Shown here one piece after another: positions 26,719-36,181 of a stretch of DNA of 64,000 nucleotides; positions within the stretch are counted from its first letter, which is position 1; every line of letters begins with the position of its first letter. The notes under the pieces were generated by a model, which worked only from the letters and a program-made list of their open reading frames with translations, searched no databases and was not told the origin of the DNA. The translations under genes and the position numbers were made by a program. The DNA comes from Candidatus Fraserbacteria bacterium (lineage in GTDB: Bacteria; Bipolaricaulota; Bipolaricaulia; RBG-16-55-9): contig JBBIPG010000002.1 of NCBI GenBank assembly GCA_037442925.1, positions 12,916 to 76,915 of the forward strand, written 5' to 3'.

Positions 26719-29025
26719 TCACTCCCTCGAGTTTGCCGCTGCCACAACCTGCCCTAGCGCGATGCCACCATCGTTGGGCGGCACGCGTTGATGCCAGTAC
26801 ACCCGAAATCCTTCCCCACGCAGCCGCTCCACCGCTCGCTCTGTGAGATAAATGTTCTGGAAACAGCCTCCCGTAAGCACTACTCGTTCCTCTCCTACTC
26901 TCTTTGCCATTACGACCATCATCTCAACAAGCGTGTTGTGAAACTTCGCCGATATCTTACTCACAGAGATGTGACTCTGCATATCCGCGAGTACCCCATG
27001 CACCAAGGGCTCCCAGTCAAGGAGAATGGCCTCCCCCTCATCGCCGAGTTGGGCTCTCGCAATCTGGAAATCATAAACTTCATCGGTCTTGACGCCATGG
27101 AGCGCGAATTCCAACTCCATCGCTGCTTGTCCCTCGAACTTCGTCTCTTGCCGAAGTCCGATAATGGACGCTACGGCATCGACAAGGCGCCCCGCGCTCG
27201 ATGTGCGCGGTGTATTGAGCTTCTGCTGAAGCATCCTCTGTAAGAGCTTGCGCTCTGCGAGCGAGAAGGCCTCTAGCGGTGGAAGCTCGCGCAGGGAAAA
27301 GAGTGTATCCCCGAAGATCTCATAGAGAAGTCCAAGAGCTGTGCGTCGTGGCTCTTTAATCGCCTGTTCGCCCCCCGGCAGGGGAAACGTGCGCAGATGC
27401 CCCACCCTACGGAAAGAAGTTTGCGTGGCCCACAAGAACTCCCCGCCCCAGACTGTGCCGTCGAGTCCGTAGCCCGTCCCATCCCACGAGACGCCCAGCA
27501 CAGGCTCCTTGGTAAGTTCGTTTTCGGCCATGCACGAGAGGACGTGGGCGTAATGGTGCTGCACACGGGTCAAGGGCAAGCCACGCTGTCGGGCATACTT
27601 ACTGGAGAGATAATCAGGGTGGGCATCACAAGCGATGCTCTGGGGCTTCAAGTCGTAGAGGCGCTCGCAATCTGCAATGACACGACAGAAGGCTCCGAAA
27701 GCCTCTGCCGTCTCCAAGTCTCCAACGTGTTGACTGATAAAGACATCCTGACCCAAGGAGATGGCGATGCTATTCTTGAGATGCGCTCCCACAGCCAGTA
27801 GGGGCGACCGGCCGGTCGCCTCTACGAGATGGATCGGCAAGGGCGCATACCCACGAGCGCGGCGCAGTACGAGCTCTCGCCCCATTACGATGCGCACGAT
27901 GGAATCGTCGACATGGCGAGCAATCGGACGATCATGAACGAGAAAGAGATCCGCGATCTTCCCAAGGCGTGTCAGGGCGTCGCGCTCATCAATGCAGATG
28001 GGCTCATCGGAGAGATTGCCGCTGGTGGCGACCACGGGGAAGTCCAATTCGGCCATGAGCAGATGATGCAAGGGCGTATAGGGCAGCATGATGCCAAGAT
28101 AGGGATTACGCGGGGCGACAGAGGGCGCGAGCTCGGCGCGCTCAGATCGGCGCTTGAGCAGCACAATGGGCGACTCCGGTGAGGTGAGGAGTCGCGCCTC
28201 CAACTCTGAGACCTCACAATGAGCCTTGACCCATTGCAGATGGGGATACATGAGAGCCAAGGGTTTTTCCTCGCGGTGCTTGCGCTGGCGCAGGCGCTCT
28301 ACGGCTTCTTCATGGCGTGCATCTACCATGAGATGAAATCCGCCCAGGCCTTTGACGGCAACAATCTTCCCTTCTTGAATGGCATATGCAGCTTGCAGGA
28401 GGGCGTCGTCATGGGAAGCTAAGATCTTGCCCGCGCTATCCCACAGTTCCAAGTGTGGTCCACATTCAGGGCAGGCGTTGGGTTGGGCATGAAAGCGTCT
28501 ATCCATGGGATTTTCATACTCTGCTTGGCACATGCGGCACATGGGGAACACCTTCATCGTTGTATGGGGGCGGTCATACGGCAGGGTCTCGATGATGCTG
28601 AAGCGCGGGCCGCAATTGGTGCAATTGGTGAAGGGGTAGCGAAAGCGGCGATTATTGGGGCCGAAGGTGTCCTGAAGGCAATCTGCACATGTGGCGATGT
28701 CCGGCAGGATAAGGACGCTCTTTTCTCCCGAGTCGTCGCTGTGCCGAATCTCAAACGTCTCATAGCCGACGGCCTCGAGAAAGGAAGACTCTAAACTTTG
28801 AATGAAGGATCGTGGAGGTCTTTCTCGTTCGATGCGCAGCAGGAATCTCTCTAACTGTTCGCGGCCACCCTCCACTTCGATGAAGACACCTTTGGTGGAA
28901 TTCTGTACCCAGCCTGTGAGCCCCAAGTCAGTAGCCAGGCGATAGATGAAGGGGCGAAAGCCGACGCCCTGCACGGCACCGCGGATTACAACACGCAAAC
29001 GTTGCAATTGCTTATCATTCGCCAC
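26719..29025 (-). CDS. hypF: Carbamoyltransferase HypF
   Basis: GAVQGVGFRPF, zinc fingers CADC/CTNCGPRF/CPECGP, KGLGGFHL, QHHYAH, DGTGYG, PPNDGG. Confidence 0.96.
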   Translation of the reverse strand: MANDKQLQRLRVVIRGAVQGVGFRPFIYRLATDLGLTGWVQNSTKGVFIEVEGGREQLERFLLRIERERPPRSFIQSLESSFLEAVGYETFEIRHSDDSGEKSVLILPDIATCADCLQDTFGPNNRRFRYPFTNCTNCGPRFSIIETLPYDRPHTTMKVFPMCRMCQAEYENPMDRRFHAQPNACPECGPHLELWDSAGKILASHDDALLQAAYAIQEGKIVAVKGLGGFHLMVDARHEEAVERLRQRKHREEKPLALMYPHLQWVKAHCEVSELEARLLTSPESPIVLLKRRSERAELAPSVAPRNPYLGIMLPYTPLHHLLMAELDFPVVATSGNLSDEPICIDERDALTRLGKIADLFLVHDRPIARHVDDSIVRIVMGRELVLRRARGYAPLPIHLVEATGRSPLLAVGAHLKNSIAISLGQDVFISQHVGDLETAEAFGAFCRVIADCERLYDLKPQSIACDAHPDYLSSKYARQRGLPLTRVQHHYAHVLSCMAENELTKEPVLGVSWDGTGYGLDGTVWGGEFLWATQTSFRRVGHLRTFPLPGGEQAIKEPRRTALGLLYEIFGDTLFSLRELPPLEAFSLAERKLLQRMLQQKLNTPRTSSAGRLVDAVASIIGLRQETKFEGQAAMELEFALHGVKTDEVYDFQIARAQLGDEGEAILLDWEPLVHGVLADMQSHISVSKISAKFHNTLVEMMVVMAKRVGEERVVLTGGCFQNIYLTERAVERLRGEGFRVYWHQRVPPNDGGIALGQVVAAANSRE

Positions 29026-29083
29026 AACTTACAGGCTACAAAAAGCCTACGTCGTTGACCAGCGCAGGGAGGACAACAGCAAA

Positions 29084-29974
29084 CTACATATGGTCCCGGC
29101 ACTTGGCGAGTAATCTCTCCCATTCTGTGTCCACGATCTTCTGGATACGCTCGGTGTCCTCTTCACGGAGATGGCTGAAGCGTCCCTGCTGCGTGAAGTA
29201 CTCACGTGCGGGGATTCCATCAGGCATCACGCTGATTGTGTAATGGGTGCCTTCCTCGATTTCATAGAGAGGGAAGACTTTCGTCTGCACGGCGAGCCGG
29301 GCGAGCTTTACCGAAAGCTCGGAAGAGATCTTCCAGCCGGGTGGACAAGGCGATAGCAGATGGATGAACTTCATTCCGCGAATGCTCTTGGCCTTTTCGA
29401 TCTTGCGTACCAGATCATCGGGATAGGCAATCGACGCCGTCGCGGCATAGGGAATCCTGTGCGCGGCCATAATCCCCATCATGTCCTTCTTGGGTTCGCC
29501 CTTGGGAGATAGTTTTGGAGTGGTCGTGGTCCACGCAAGATAAGGCGTTGCAGAGCTTCGTTGAATCCCGGTGTTCATATACGCTTCATTGTCATAGCAG
29601 ACATAGAGGATGTTTTCGTTGCGTTCAGCAGCACCGGAGAGGGATTGCAGCCCGATATCAAACGTCCCGCCATCGCCGGCCCAAGCCAGCACTGTCGTTT
29701 CGGTATCCCCTTGCACGTCCAAGGCGGCTCGCACACCCGAAGCAGCTACAGCTGCTGTCTCGAAAGCCGTATGCAACAGCGGCACCTTAAGCGATGAGTA
29801 CGGGAAAGGCCCGGCAATGATCGTCCAGCAACAAGCGGGCAGCACGACAATCGTCTTGGGGCCGAGAGCCTTGAGCACATAGCGCATGCCCAGCGTCGCC
29901 CCGCACCCCTGGCAACCCAGATGCCCCGAACCCATCAACTCCACTTCGGGCACAGTAAAATTCACGTGGCTCAT
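29084..29974 (-). CDS. 2-oxoacid oxidoreductase beta subunit (second Por/Vor-type set)
   Basis: GCQGCG, PACC, GDGGTFDIG, YDNEAYMNTGIQRS, PCPPGW. Confidence 0.92.
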   Translation of the reverse strand: MSHVNFTVPEVELMGSGHLGCQGCGATLGMRYVLKALGPKTIVVLPACCWTIIAGPFPYSSLKVPLLHTAFETAAVAASGVRAALDVQGDTETTVLAWAGDGGTFDIGLQSLSGAAERNENILYVCYDNEAYMNTGIQRSSATPYLAWTTTTPKLSPKGEPKKDMMGIMAAHRIPYAATASIAYPDDLVRKIEKAKSIRGMKFIHLLSPCPPGWKISSELSVKLARLAVQTKVFPLYEIEEGTHYTISVMPDGIPAREYFTQQGRFSHLREEDTERIQKIVDTEWERLLAKCRDHM

Positions 29975-31140
29975 CGTTTCACCCCAATCCAAACGAGATC
30001 TTCTGGTTCATCGTGAGCCTGTGCATACTGAATGATCTCCTGAATCGTGGCAGGCGTGATGTCACGCCCGCCCAGCCCTGCCACAAAGCCGAAGATGGGC
30101 ACGCCCCGATGATTGTGCAAGGCTGACTTGATCTCTTGAGCGAAGATTCCCCCTGCACCGAAGCTGATGTTGCGATCGATCACGGCCACTTTGCGCGCAC
30201 CCCGGAGCGCGTGACGGACGGCTTCGGACGGGAAGGGTCGGAAGAGTCGAATCTTCAAAAGTCCAACTCTTTGTCCCTGCTCCCGCAATTCATCGATCAC
30301 GACGCGAGCTGTGCTGGTCACCGTGCTCGATGTGACAAGTACCAAATCAGCATCTTCTGTGTGATACGGCTCGATGAGTCCGTAGCGACGTCCGAAGAGT
30401 TCTCCGTACTCTTCGTCAGCGCGCTCCCACTCCGAGAGCGCTTGTTCCATTGATTGTTGCATCTGGTAGCGCAGCTCCATGTAGGTTTCCGGAGGTGCCA
30501 AGCCACCGAAGGCATGGGGGTTGTTTACGTCAAGTCTGTAAAGAGGTCGAAATGGAGGCAGATAGCGATCCACAAGTTCCTGATCGGGAATCTCCACCGG
30601 TTCCGCCGTGTGCGAGAGCACGAACGCATCCAGCACCAACATCACGGGAAGAAGAACCTTTTCGGCTACTTTATAGGCACAGATCACGCTATCTAGGACT
30701 TCTTGATTGCTCTCACAGTAGAGCTGCATCCAGCCGGTGTCCCTTTGAGAGAGGCTGTCATTCTGATCGGTCCAGACCGACCAGGGTGGTCCCATGGCGC
30801 GGTTGACATCGGCCATCACAATCGGCAAGCGGGCACCCGCTGCCCAGTGGAGCATCTCGTGCATCAACGCCAGACCGTGGGAACTGGTTGCCGTGAAAGC
30901 CCGTGCTCCTGCGGACGAAGCTCCAATCAGGGCTGCCATGGCTGAGTGCTCCGACTCCACTTTGATGAATCTCGCGCTGAGAGTCCCATTGGCACAGAAC
31001 TCGCTCAGCAATTCGACGATCTGGGTTTGAGGCGTGATAGGATAGGCGGAGATCACCTGCACCCGGGAGAGCATGGCCCCATACGAGACGGCATGGTTGC
31101 CGGTGATCACTTTCTTCGTGCTGGTTGCGATAGCCTTCAT
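29971..31140 (-). CDS. 2-oxoacid oxidoreductase alpha subunit (second Por/Vor-type set)
   Basis: AYPITPQT, VESEHSAM, TATSSHGL, FRPFP, GLGGRD. Confidence 0.92.
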   Translation of the reverse strand: MKAIATSTKKVITGNHAVSYGAMLSRVQVISAYPITPQTQIVELLSEFCANGTLSARFIKVESEHSAMAALIGASSAGARAFTATSSHGLALMHEMLHWAAGARLPIVMADVNRAMGPPWSVWTDQNDSLSQRDTGWMQLYCESNQEVLDSVICAYKVAEKVLLPVMLVLDAFVLSHTAEPVEIPDQELVDRYLPPFRPLYRLDVNNPHAFGGLAPPETYMELRYQMQQSMEQALSEWERADEEYGELFGRRYGLIEPYHTEDADLVLVTSSTVTSTARVVIDELREQGQRVGLLKIRLFRPFPSEAVRHALRGARKVAVIDRNISFGAGGIFAQEIKSALHNHRGVPIFGFVAGLGGRDITPATIQEIIQYAQAHDEPEDLVWIGVKR

Positions 31141-32822
31141 CGTTCCTCCTCGACTAAGGAGATCACACCCCGCGGGCACTCTTCGGCACAGATCCCACAG
31201 CCCTTGCAGAACTCAGCGTTGACTGCGTATGCGCTATCCACCCGCGAGATGGCCACATCTGGACAGAAGACGCGACAGTTATCGCAGAAGTTGCAGACCC
31301 CGCAGGAGAAACAGCGCTGGGCTTCTGCTATGGCCTGCTCTCGGGATATAGCTCCTTTGACTTCCGAAAAGCTTGCTGTTCGGGTGGAGGGGACAAGATG
31401 CGGAGCATCGGCTCGTGGCGCGGGCGTGAAATAGTCAGGGTTGAGGTGTTCAAAAGCAATCTCTTCGGTGAGGCTTCGCTTGTCTCTTCTCTTGGGAGGA
31501 CGGACGTGCCCGTGTTGCAGGTAGAGTTGAATTGCCTTAGCTGCTTGTTTTCCCGATGCGATGGCGTCGATGACGGTGCTCGGTCCGCTTTGAGCATCCC
31601 CACCGATGAAGATGCCTTCGCGTTCCAGAAGACCCTTGGGATTATGGATCACAAGCCCAGCACTCGTCTCCATGCTCTCTGAGAGGAATGGGAGTTCAGG
31701 CTCCTCGCCGACGGCTTTGAGTACACAGTCGGTCTCGATCACAAATTCGGAGTTCGGAATGGGCACAGGATGCCGCCGCCCGCTCGCATCCGGGGCCCCC
31801 AGCTCCACGCGGATGCACTCGACTTCCAATGTGTTGCCCACTCGTCGGATCTGCCGGGGTGCCGCGAGAAAGATAAACTCAATTCCCTCTTGTTCTGCTT
31901 CCTCAATCTCTTCCGCAATGGCAGGCATCTCTGCTCGCGTGCGACGATAGACAACGGTGGGATGGGCACCCAGCCGAAGAGCGGTCCTGGCCGCATCCAT
32001 GGCCGTGTTGCCGCCACCGATGACGATAACTCGCTTGCCAATCTCGATGTCGTGGTCTGCGTTCACCGACCTCAGAAACTCCAAGCCCGTCATGACTCCC
32101 GCGTTATCTTCGCCGGGGATCTTAAGCGGACGGCTGTGATGAGCGCCTGTGGCGATAAACAGGGCATCAAAACTCTGCCAGAGCTCTTCCAGTTCGACAT
32201 GCGAGCTGATCCGCGTCCCAGGCTGGAACTTTACTCCCAACGCGGCAATGTCTTCAATCTCCTTATCGAGAATATCGCGTGGCAAGCGATAGGATGGAAT
32301 CGCAAGCCGTAGCATTCCACCCGGTTCCCTTGCCGCCTCCAGAACGGTGACGCCCACTCCTTGACGAGCGAGAAAATACGCACACGCAAGCCCAGCCGGC
32401 CCGCTGCCTACCACGGCCACTCGCTCGGATCTTGGCTCTCTCTGGTGAGTCTCAGGCCGTAGATCCAAACACGCGTCGGCAATGAACCGTTCCAGGGCCT
32501 GAATCGAAACGGCTCCATCAAAGTGCTCGCGATTGCAGGCAGCCTCGCACGGATGGTAACAGACCCGGCCACAGATTCCCGGCAGTGGGTTCTCTGCTCG
32601 GATCAGTCTCCAAGCATCGATGAACTGGCCCTCAGCAGCGAGGGTCAGCACGCGAGGCCAGTCTGTGCCCGCGGGACAGCTTACGCGACACGGGGCGAGC
32701 TTCTCCAGATAGACAGGCTTCAAGTAGCGCCAGCCGCCGGTCTTGTTGAACCCCATATCGTTCAGGGAGATGGCCATCGGTGGCATCTCTCGCGCGCTCT
32801 GAAAGACAACTTGTTTGCTCAT
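31137..32822 (-). CDS. GltD/DsrL-like NAD(P)H flavoprotein fused with the OFOR delta ferredoxin
   Basis: TGGWRYLKP; PCRVSCP, CGRVCYHPCEAAC; GSGPAG; GGGNTAMD, YRRT; C-terminal CFSCGVCNFCDNCRVFCP and CKGCGICAEECP. Confidence 0.88.
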   Translation of the reverse strand: MSKQVVFQSAREMPPMAISLNDMGFNKTGGWRYLKPVYLEKLAPCRVSCPAGTDWPRVLTLAAEGQFIDAWRLIRAENPLPGICGRVCYHPCEAACNREHFDGAVSIQALERFIADACLDLRPETHQREPRSERVAVVGSGPAGLACAYFLARQGVGVTVLEAAREPGGMLRLAIPSYRLPRDILDKEIEDIAALGVKFQPGTRISSHVELEELWQSFDALFIATGAHHSRPLKIPGEDNAGVMTGLEFLRSVNADHDIEIGKRVIVIGGGNTAMDAARTALRLGAHPTVVYRRTRAEMPAIAEEIEEAEQEGIEFIFLAAPRQIRRVGNTLEVECIRVELGAPDASGRRHPVPIPNSEFVIETDCVLKAVGEEPELPFLSESMETSAGLVIHNPKGLLEREGIFIGGDAQSGPSTVIDAIASGKQAAKAIQLYLQHGHVRPPKRRDKRSLTEEIAFEHLNPDYFTPAPRADAPHLVPSTRTASFSEVKGAISREQAIAEAQRCFSCGVCNFCDNCRVFCPDVAISRVDSAYAVNAEFCKGCGICAEECPRGVISLVEEER

Positions 32823-32827
32823 TGTCT

Positions 32828-33412
32828 CTACCTCCCTGCTGCCGCTCCTTCCCTGAGTGCGATCCGGACCTGGTTGTAGGCCGCGTGCGCCGCCGCGCTG
32901 TTCTCTTGAGGGCGAATCGGCACTCCTTCAGAGATGGCCTCGATCACAGCTTCCACACCCACCAGCCCGGTGACGCGCGCAAACGCTCCTAGAATCGCTG
33001 TGTTCACGATGGGGTTGGTTCGCGATCCCAATCGGTGTTGCACCGCGATGGCACTGGCATCGACGGTGGCAACTCGCCAGCCGCCCTGAATGAAAGCGGA
33101 GAACGACTCTGGCTCACGGTCACTGTTGATGAGAATCCAGCCTCCGGGCTTTAGTCCTGCCGTGACCTCCACGACGGGGAGAAGCGTGGGTTCTAGAACG
33201 ATGACGTGGTCGGGTTGATAGATCTGACAGCGAAGCCGAATGGGAGCCGAATCGATGCGAAGAAAAGCCATCACAGGTGCGCCGCGCCGTTCCACGCCGA
33301 AGGCCGGAAATGCTTGGACGAACTGGCCCTCCTTAAATGAAGCCACTGCCAACAGTTCTGAAGCTACCACGGCTCCTTGGCCGCCACGCCCATGGAAGCG
33401 AATCTCAATCAT
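32828..33412 (-). CDS. 2-oxoacid oxidoreductase gamma subunit (second Por/Vor-type set)
   Basis: [33 protein letters not shown]; start ATG 33412. Confidence 0.92.
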
Positions 33413-33457
33413 CCTGCACTCCCTTTCGGCCAATTGCGTTCGTTTCATCGTATCCGT

Positions 33458-33540
33458 GCCTAGCATGGAAAAACCATGATCTAGGCTAGCCCCATGGATG
33501 ATCTTCGTCATTTTACATCGCTATACGCAACACATACAAT
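33458..33540 (+). promoter_or_regulatory. Divergent control region: inverted repeat plus sigma70 promoter of the CODH/ACS cluster
   Basis: GCCTAG-CATGG-AAAAA-CCATG-AT-CTAGGC (33458-33486); TTTACA-17 nt-TACAAT (33512-33540). Confidence 0.6.
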
Positions 33541-33550
33541 ACAGACACGT

Positions 33551-34318
33551 ATGAAGATCGTTATATCTGGCAAGGGTGGTGTGGGCAAGACAACCGTGTG
33601 TGCACTCCTTGCCAAAGAGGCGGCGAGCAAGGGCTATCACGTGCTGGCTGTGGATGCTGATCCCAGCCCCACGCTGGCAGCGACCTTGGGAGTCTGTCAG
33701 GAACCCACGCCGCTCATCGAGTTCCGCGATCTGATTGAGGAACGCTTAGGCTCACTCGAGGGGTTCCTCCGGCTCAACCCGAAAGTGGACGACATCCCGG
33801 AGCGGTTTGCCATGGAGAAGGACGGAGTCAAGATCCTCGTCATGGGATCGATTCAGCAGGGTGGAGAAGGATGTGCCTGCCCTCAGAACACGTTCCTAAA
33901 GAGCCTCCTACAGCATATAGCTTTCGAGCGGGAGGATTGGGTCTTCATGGATCTGGAGGCCGGTTTGGAGCCCTTAGGCCGGGCCACCGTGCGTGGCTTC
34001 GATGTGCTACTCGTGGTCGTAGAGCCAGATAGCCGCAGTCTCACCACGGCCGGCCGAATCCACAACTTGGCTCATGACCTGGGGCTAACACACATCTATG
34101 CCATAAACAACAAGATTCGGGAAGCGGCGGATGTAGCGTTCGTTGAAGATCGGCTGCCTCGAGGAGTCACCTTACTCGGTGCCCTGCCCTATAGCGAACC
34201 GATTCGCCGAGCTGGCCGTGATGGGTCACTCCATAAGGACCCACTGGTTCAACAAGAAATCAGAAGAATCCTGGAGCAGCTGGAAGCTTCACACGGCATG
34301 GAGAGAGTTTCAGCCTAG
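33551..34318 (+). CDS. cooC: CooC-family Ni-insertion ATPase
   Basis: GKGGVGKT, DADP, GCACP, DLEAGLE..GR. Confidence 0.9.
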   Translation: MKIVISGKGGVGKTTVCALLAKEAASKGYHVLAVDADPSPTLAATLGVCQEPTPLIEFRDLIEERLGSLEGFLRLNPKVDDIPERFAMEKDGVKILVMGSIQQGGEGCACPQNTFLKSLLQHIAFEREDWVFMDLEAGLEPLGRATVRGFDVLLVVVEPDSRSLTTAGRIHNLAHDLGLTHIYAINNKIREAADVAFVEDRLPRGVTLLGALPYSEPIRRAGRDGSLHKDPLVQQEIRRILEQLEASHGMERVSA

Positions 34319-34336
34319 CCAAGAAAGGAACGGAAC

Positions 34337-34852
34337 ATGGAGCGACTCTTCTGTGACCCACGAAAGTGCGTGGGCTGCCATTCGTGCGAACTGGCCTGCG
34401 CGCTGGAGCATACCCCCTCCAAAGATCTATTCCGGGCCGTCCTCACCGGGGAGTCGGGTCCGCCGCGTCGGCGCGTCCAGACGGTAGGGGACCGGCCCTA
34501 TCGGGTAGCGATTGGTGGCGTTGTTCTCTCACTGGGCTGCCATCACTGCGATCCTGCCCCTTGTGTCGATGCGTGCATCGCTGGGGCGATGCATAAAGAA
34601 AACGGCGAGACGATCTGCGATCTGGACAAGTGCGTAGGTTGCTGGATGTGCGTGATGAGCTGCCCGTATGGGGCCATCACGCCTCACGTCAAAGCACTGA
34701 AGTGTGATCTCTGCCCCGATCGTCGAGACAAGACCGGGCGATCTCGCTACGCTTGCATCGAGGCCTGCCCTACGGAGGCCCTCTTTGCCGGGACGTTTGA
34801 AGCATTCGAGAAGACCCTATCTCAGCCAATTGTTCAGGGGGTGGCCCGATGA
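34337..34852 (+). CDS. cooF: CooF-like 4x[4Fe-4S] electron-transfer protein
   Basis: CVGCHSCELAC, CHHCDPAPCVDAC, CVGCWMCVMSCP, KCDLC...ACIEACP. Confidence 0.88.
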   Translation: MERLFCDPRKCVGCHSCELACALEHTPSKDLFRAVLTGESGPPRRRVQTVGDRPYRVAIGGVVLSLGCHHCDPAPCVDACIAGAMHKENGETICDLDKCVGCWMCVMSCPYGAITPHVKALKCDLCPDRRDKTGRSRYACIEACPTEALFAGTFEAFEKTLSQPIVQGVAR

Positions 34853-36177
34853 GATACGTCATCATCGGTGCTTCCGCGGCAGGAGTCAGTGCGGCAGAGA
34901 CGCTGCGAAAGCATGAGCCCGCTGCTGAGATCGTCATGATCTCCGATGAACAACTCATATATTCCAAGCCGCTTCTCTCGTACTACTTGGCCGGGAAGCT
35001 AAAGGAAGAGCAACTGCTCTGGCGCGCGCCGGATTTCTTCGAGCGCAACCAGATTGAAGCGTTGCTGGGAGTCCGCGCCAGCGAATTAGCACCCCAGCAG
35101 AGCAAAGTTGTGCTCAAAGATGGCCGCGAGGTTTCGTACGATAGGCTTCTCTTGGCAAACGGGGCTTCTCCGAGATTTGCGGCGCTCGAAGGCCGCGAGA
35201 AGGCCGGGCTTTTTGGTCTGCGCAAGCTCGAAGATGCGAGGAGCATTTTGGCGCTACTGGCACGATCCCGGCGGGCGGTCGTGCTCGGCGGGGGCTTAGT
35301 CGGTCTTAAGGTCGCGGCGGCTCTCAAAGAGCGGGGTGTTGAAGTGACTGTCTTGGTGGATTCGCCTCATGTCCTCTCGCAAATGCTTGACGAGACCTCT
35401 GCGCGTATCTTCGAAACAGTGTTCGAGCAGAACGGTGTGCGCATCTTGTGCAAAGCTCGGCCAGTAGCGCTTACCGGAGGCGAGCGGGTTACCGGTGTCA
35501 AGCTAGCATCTGGCGAAGAATACCCGGCAGATCTGGTCGTTGCCGGTAAGGGCGTGGATGCTAACCTCGATCTGGCCAAAAGTGCTGGCATCGCCTGCGA
35601 TTATGCGATCTTGGTGGATGAGTATTGCCGCACGAATGTCGAGAATATCTACGCAGCGGGTGACGTGGCGCAAACGCGCGATGTGCTTCGGGGTGAACCG
35701 TGGGTGAACGCGCTCTGGCCCTGTGCCGTCGAGCAAGGGCGCATCGCTGCTCTCAACATGTTAGGTCAGAAGACGGCGTATCGGGGTTCCATGCGCATGA
35801 ACAGCGTCCAGTTCTTTGAGTTGCCTGTGATCTCAGCGGGATTGGCTGTCTTGACGCCGGGCCCGCTGGGAGGGCGATCCGGCGAGCATGACAAGACGAT
35901 CGAGACGCGACCCGCTCCAGCAGTCTACCGCAAGATCTTCTTAAAAGACGACACCATCGTGGGGTTCGTCCTCATCGGCGGTGAGCGGGACCTGGAAGCC
36001 GCAGGACTGCTGCGCATCTTGATGGAGCGTCGCATGGGGGTCGCAGGAATGGAGGAGGAGTTACTGGAGATAGGACCGGACCTGGGGCGCTTATTGCCAC
36101 GGATCGTGCAAGACCGTGAGCGATTCGTCGAGCGAGAATTTCAAGAACTCATCCAAACGGTGAAGGTGGGGGTGTGA
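34849..36177 (+). CDS. FAD/NAD(P)-dependent oxidoreductase (CODH-associated FNOR type)
   Basis: IIGASAAG, GGGLVG, IYAAGD, QGRIAALNM. Confidence 0.88.
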   Translation: MRYVIIGASAAGVSAAETLRKHEPAAEIVMISDEQLIYSKPLLSYYLAGKLKEEQLLWRAPDFFERNQIEALLGVRASELAPQQSKVVLKDGREVSYDRLLLANGASPRFAALEGREKAGLFGLRKLEDARSILALLARSRRAVVLGGGLVGLKVAAALKERGVEVTVLVDSPHVLSQMLDETSARIFETVFEQNGVRILCKARPVALTGGERVTGVKLASGEEYPADLVVAGKGVDANLDLAKSAGIACDYAILVDEYCRTNVENIYAAGDVAQTRDVLRGEPWVNALWPCAVEQGRIAALNMLGQKTAYRGSMRMNSVQFFELPVISAGLAVLTPGPLGGRSGEHDKTIETRPAPAVYRKIFLKDDTIVGFVLIGGERDLEAAGLLRILMERRMGVAGMEEELLEIGPDLGRLLPRIVQDRERFVEREFQELIQTVKVGV

Positions 36178-36181
36178 CGAT

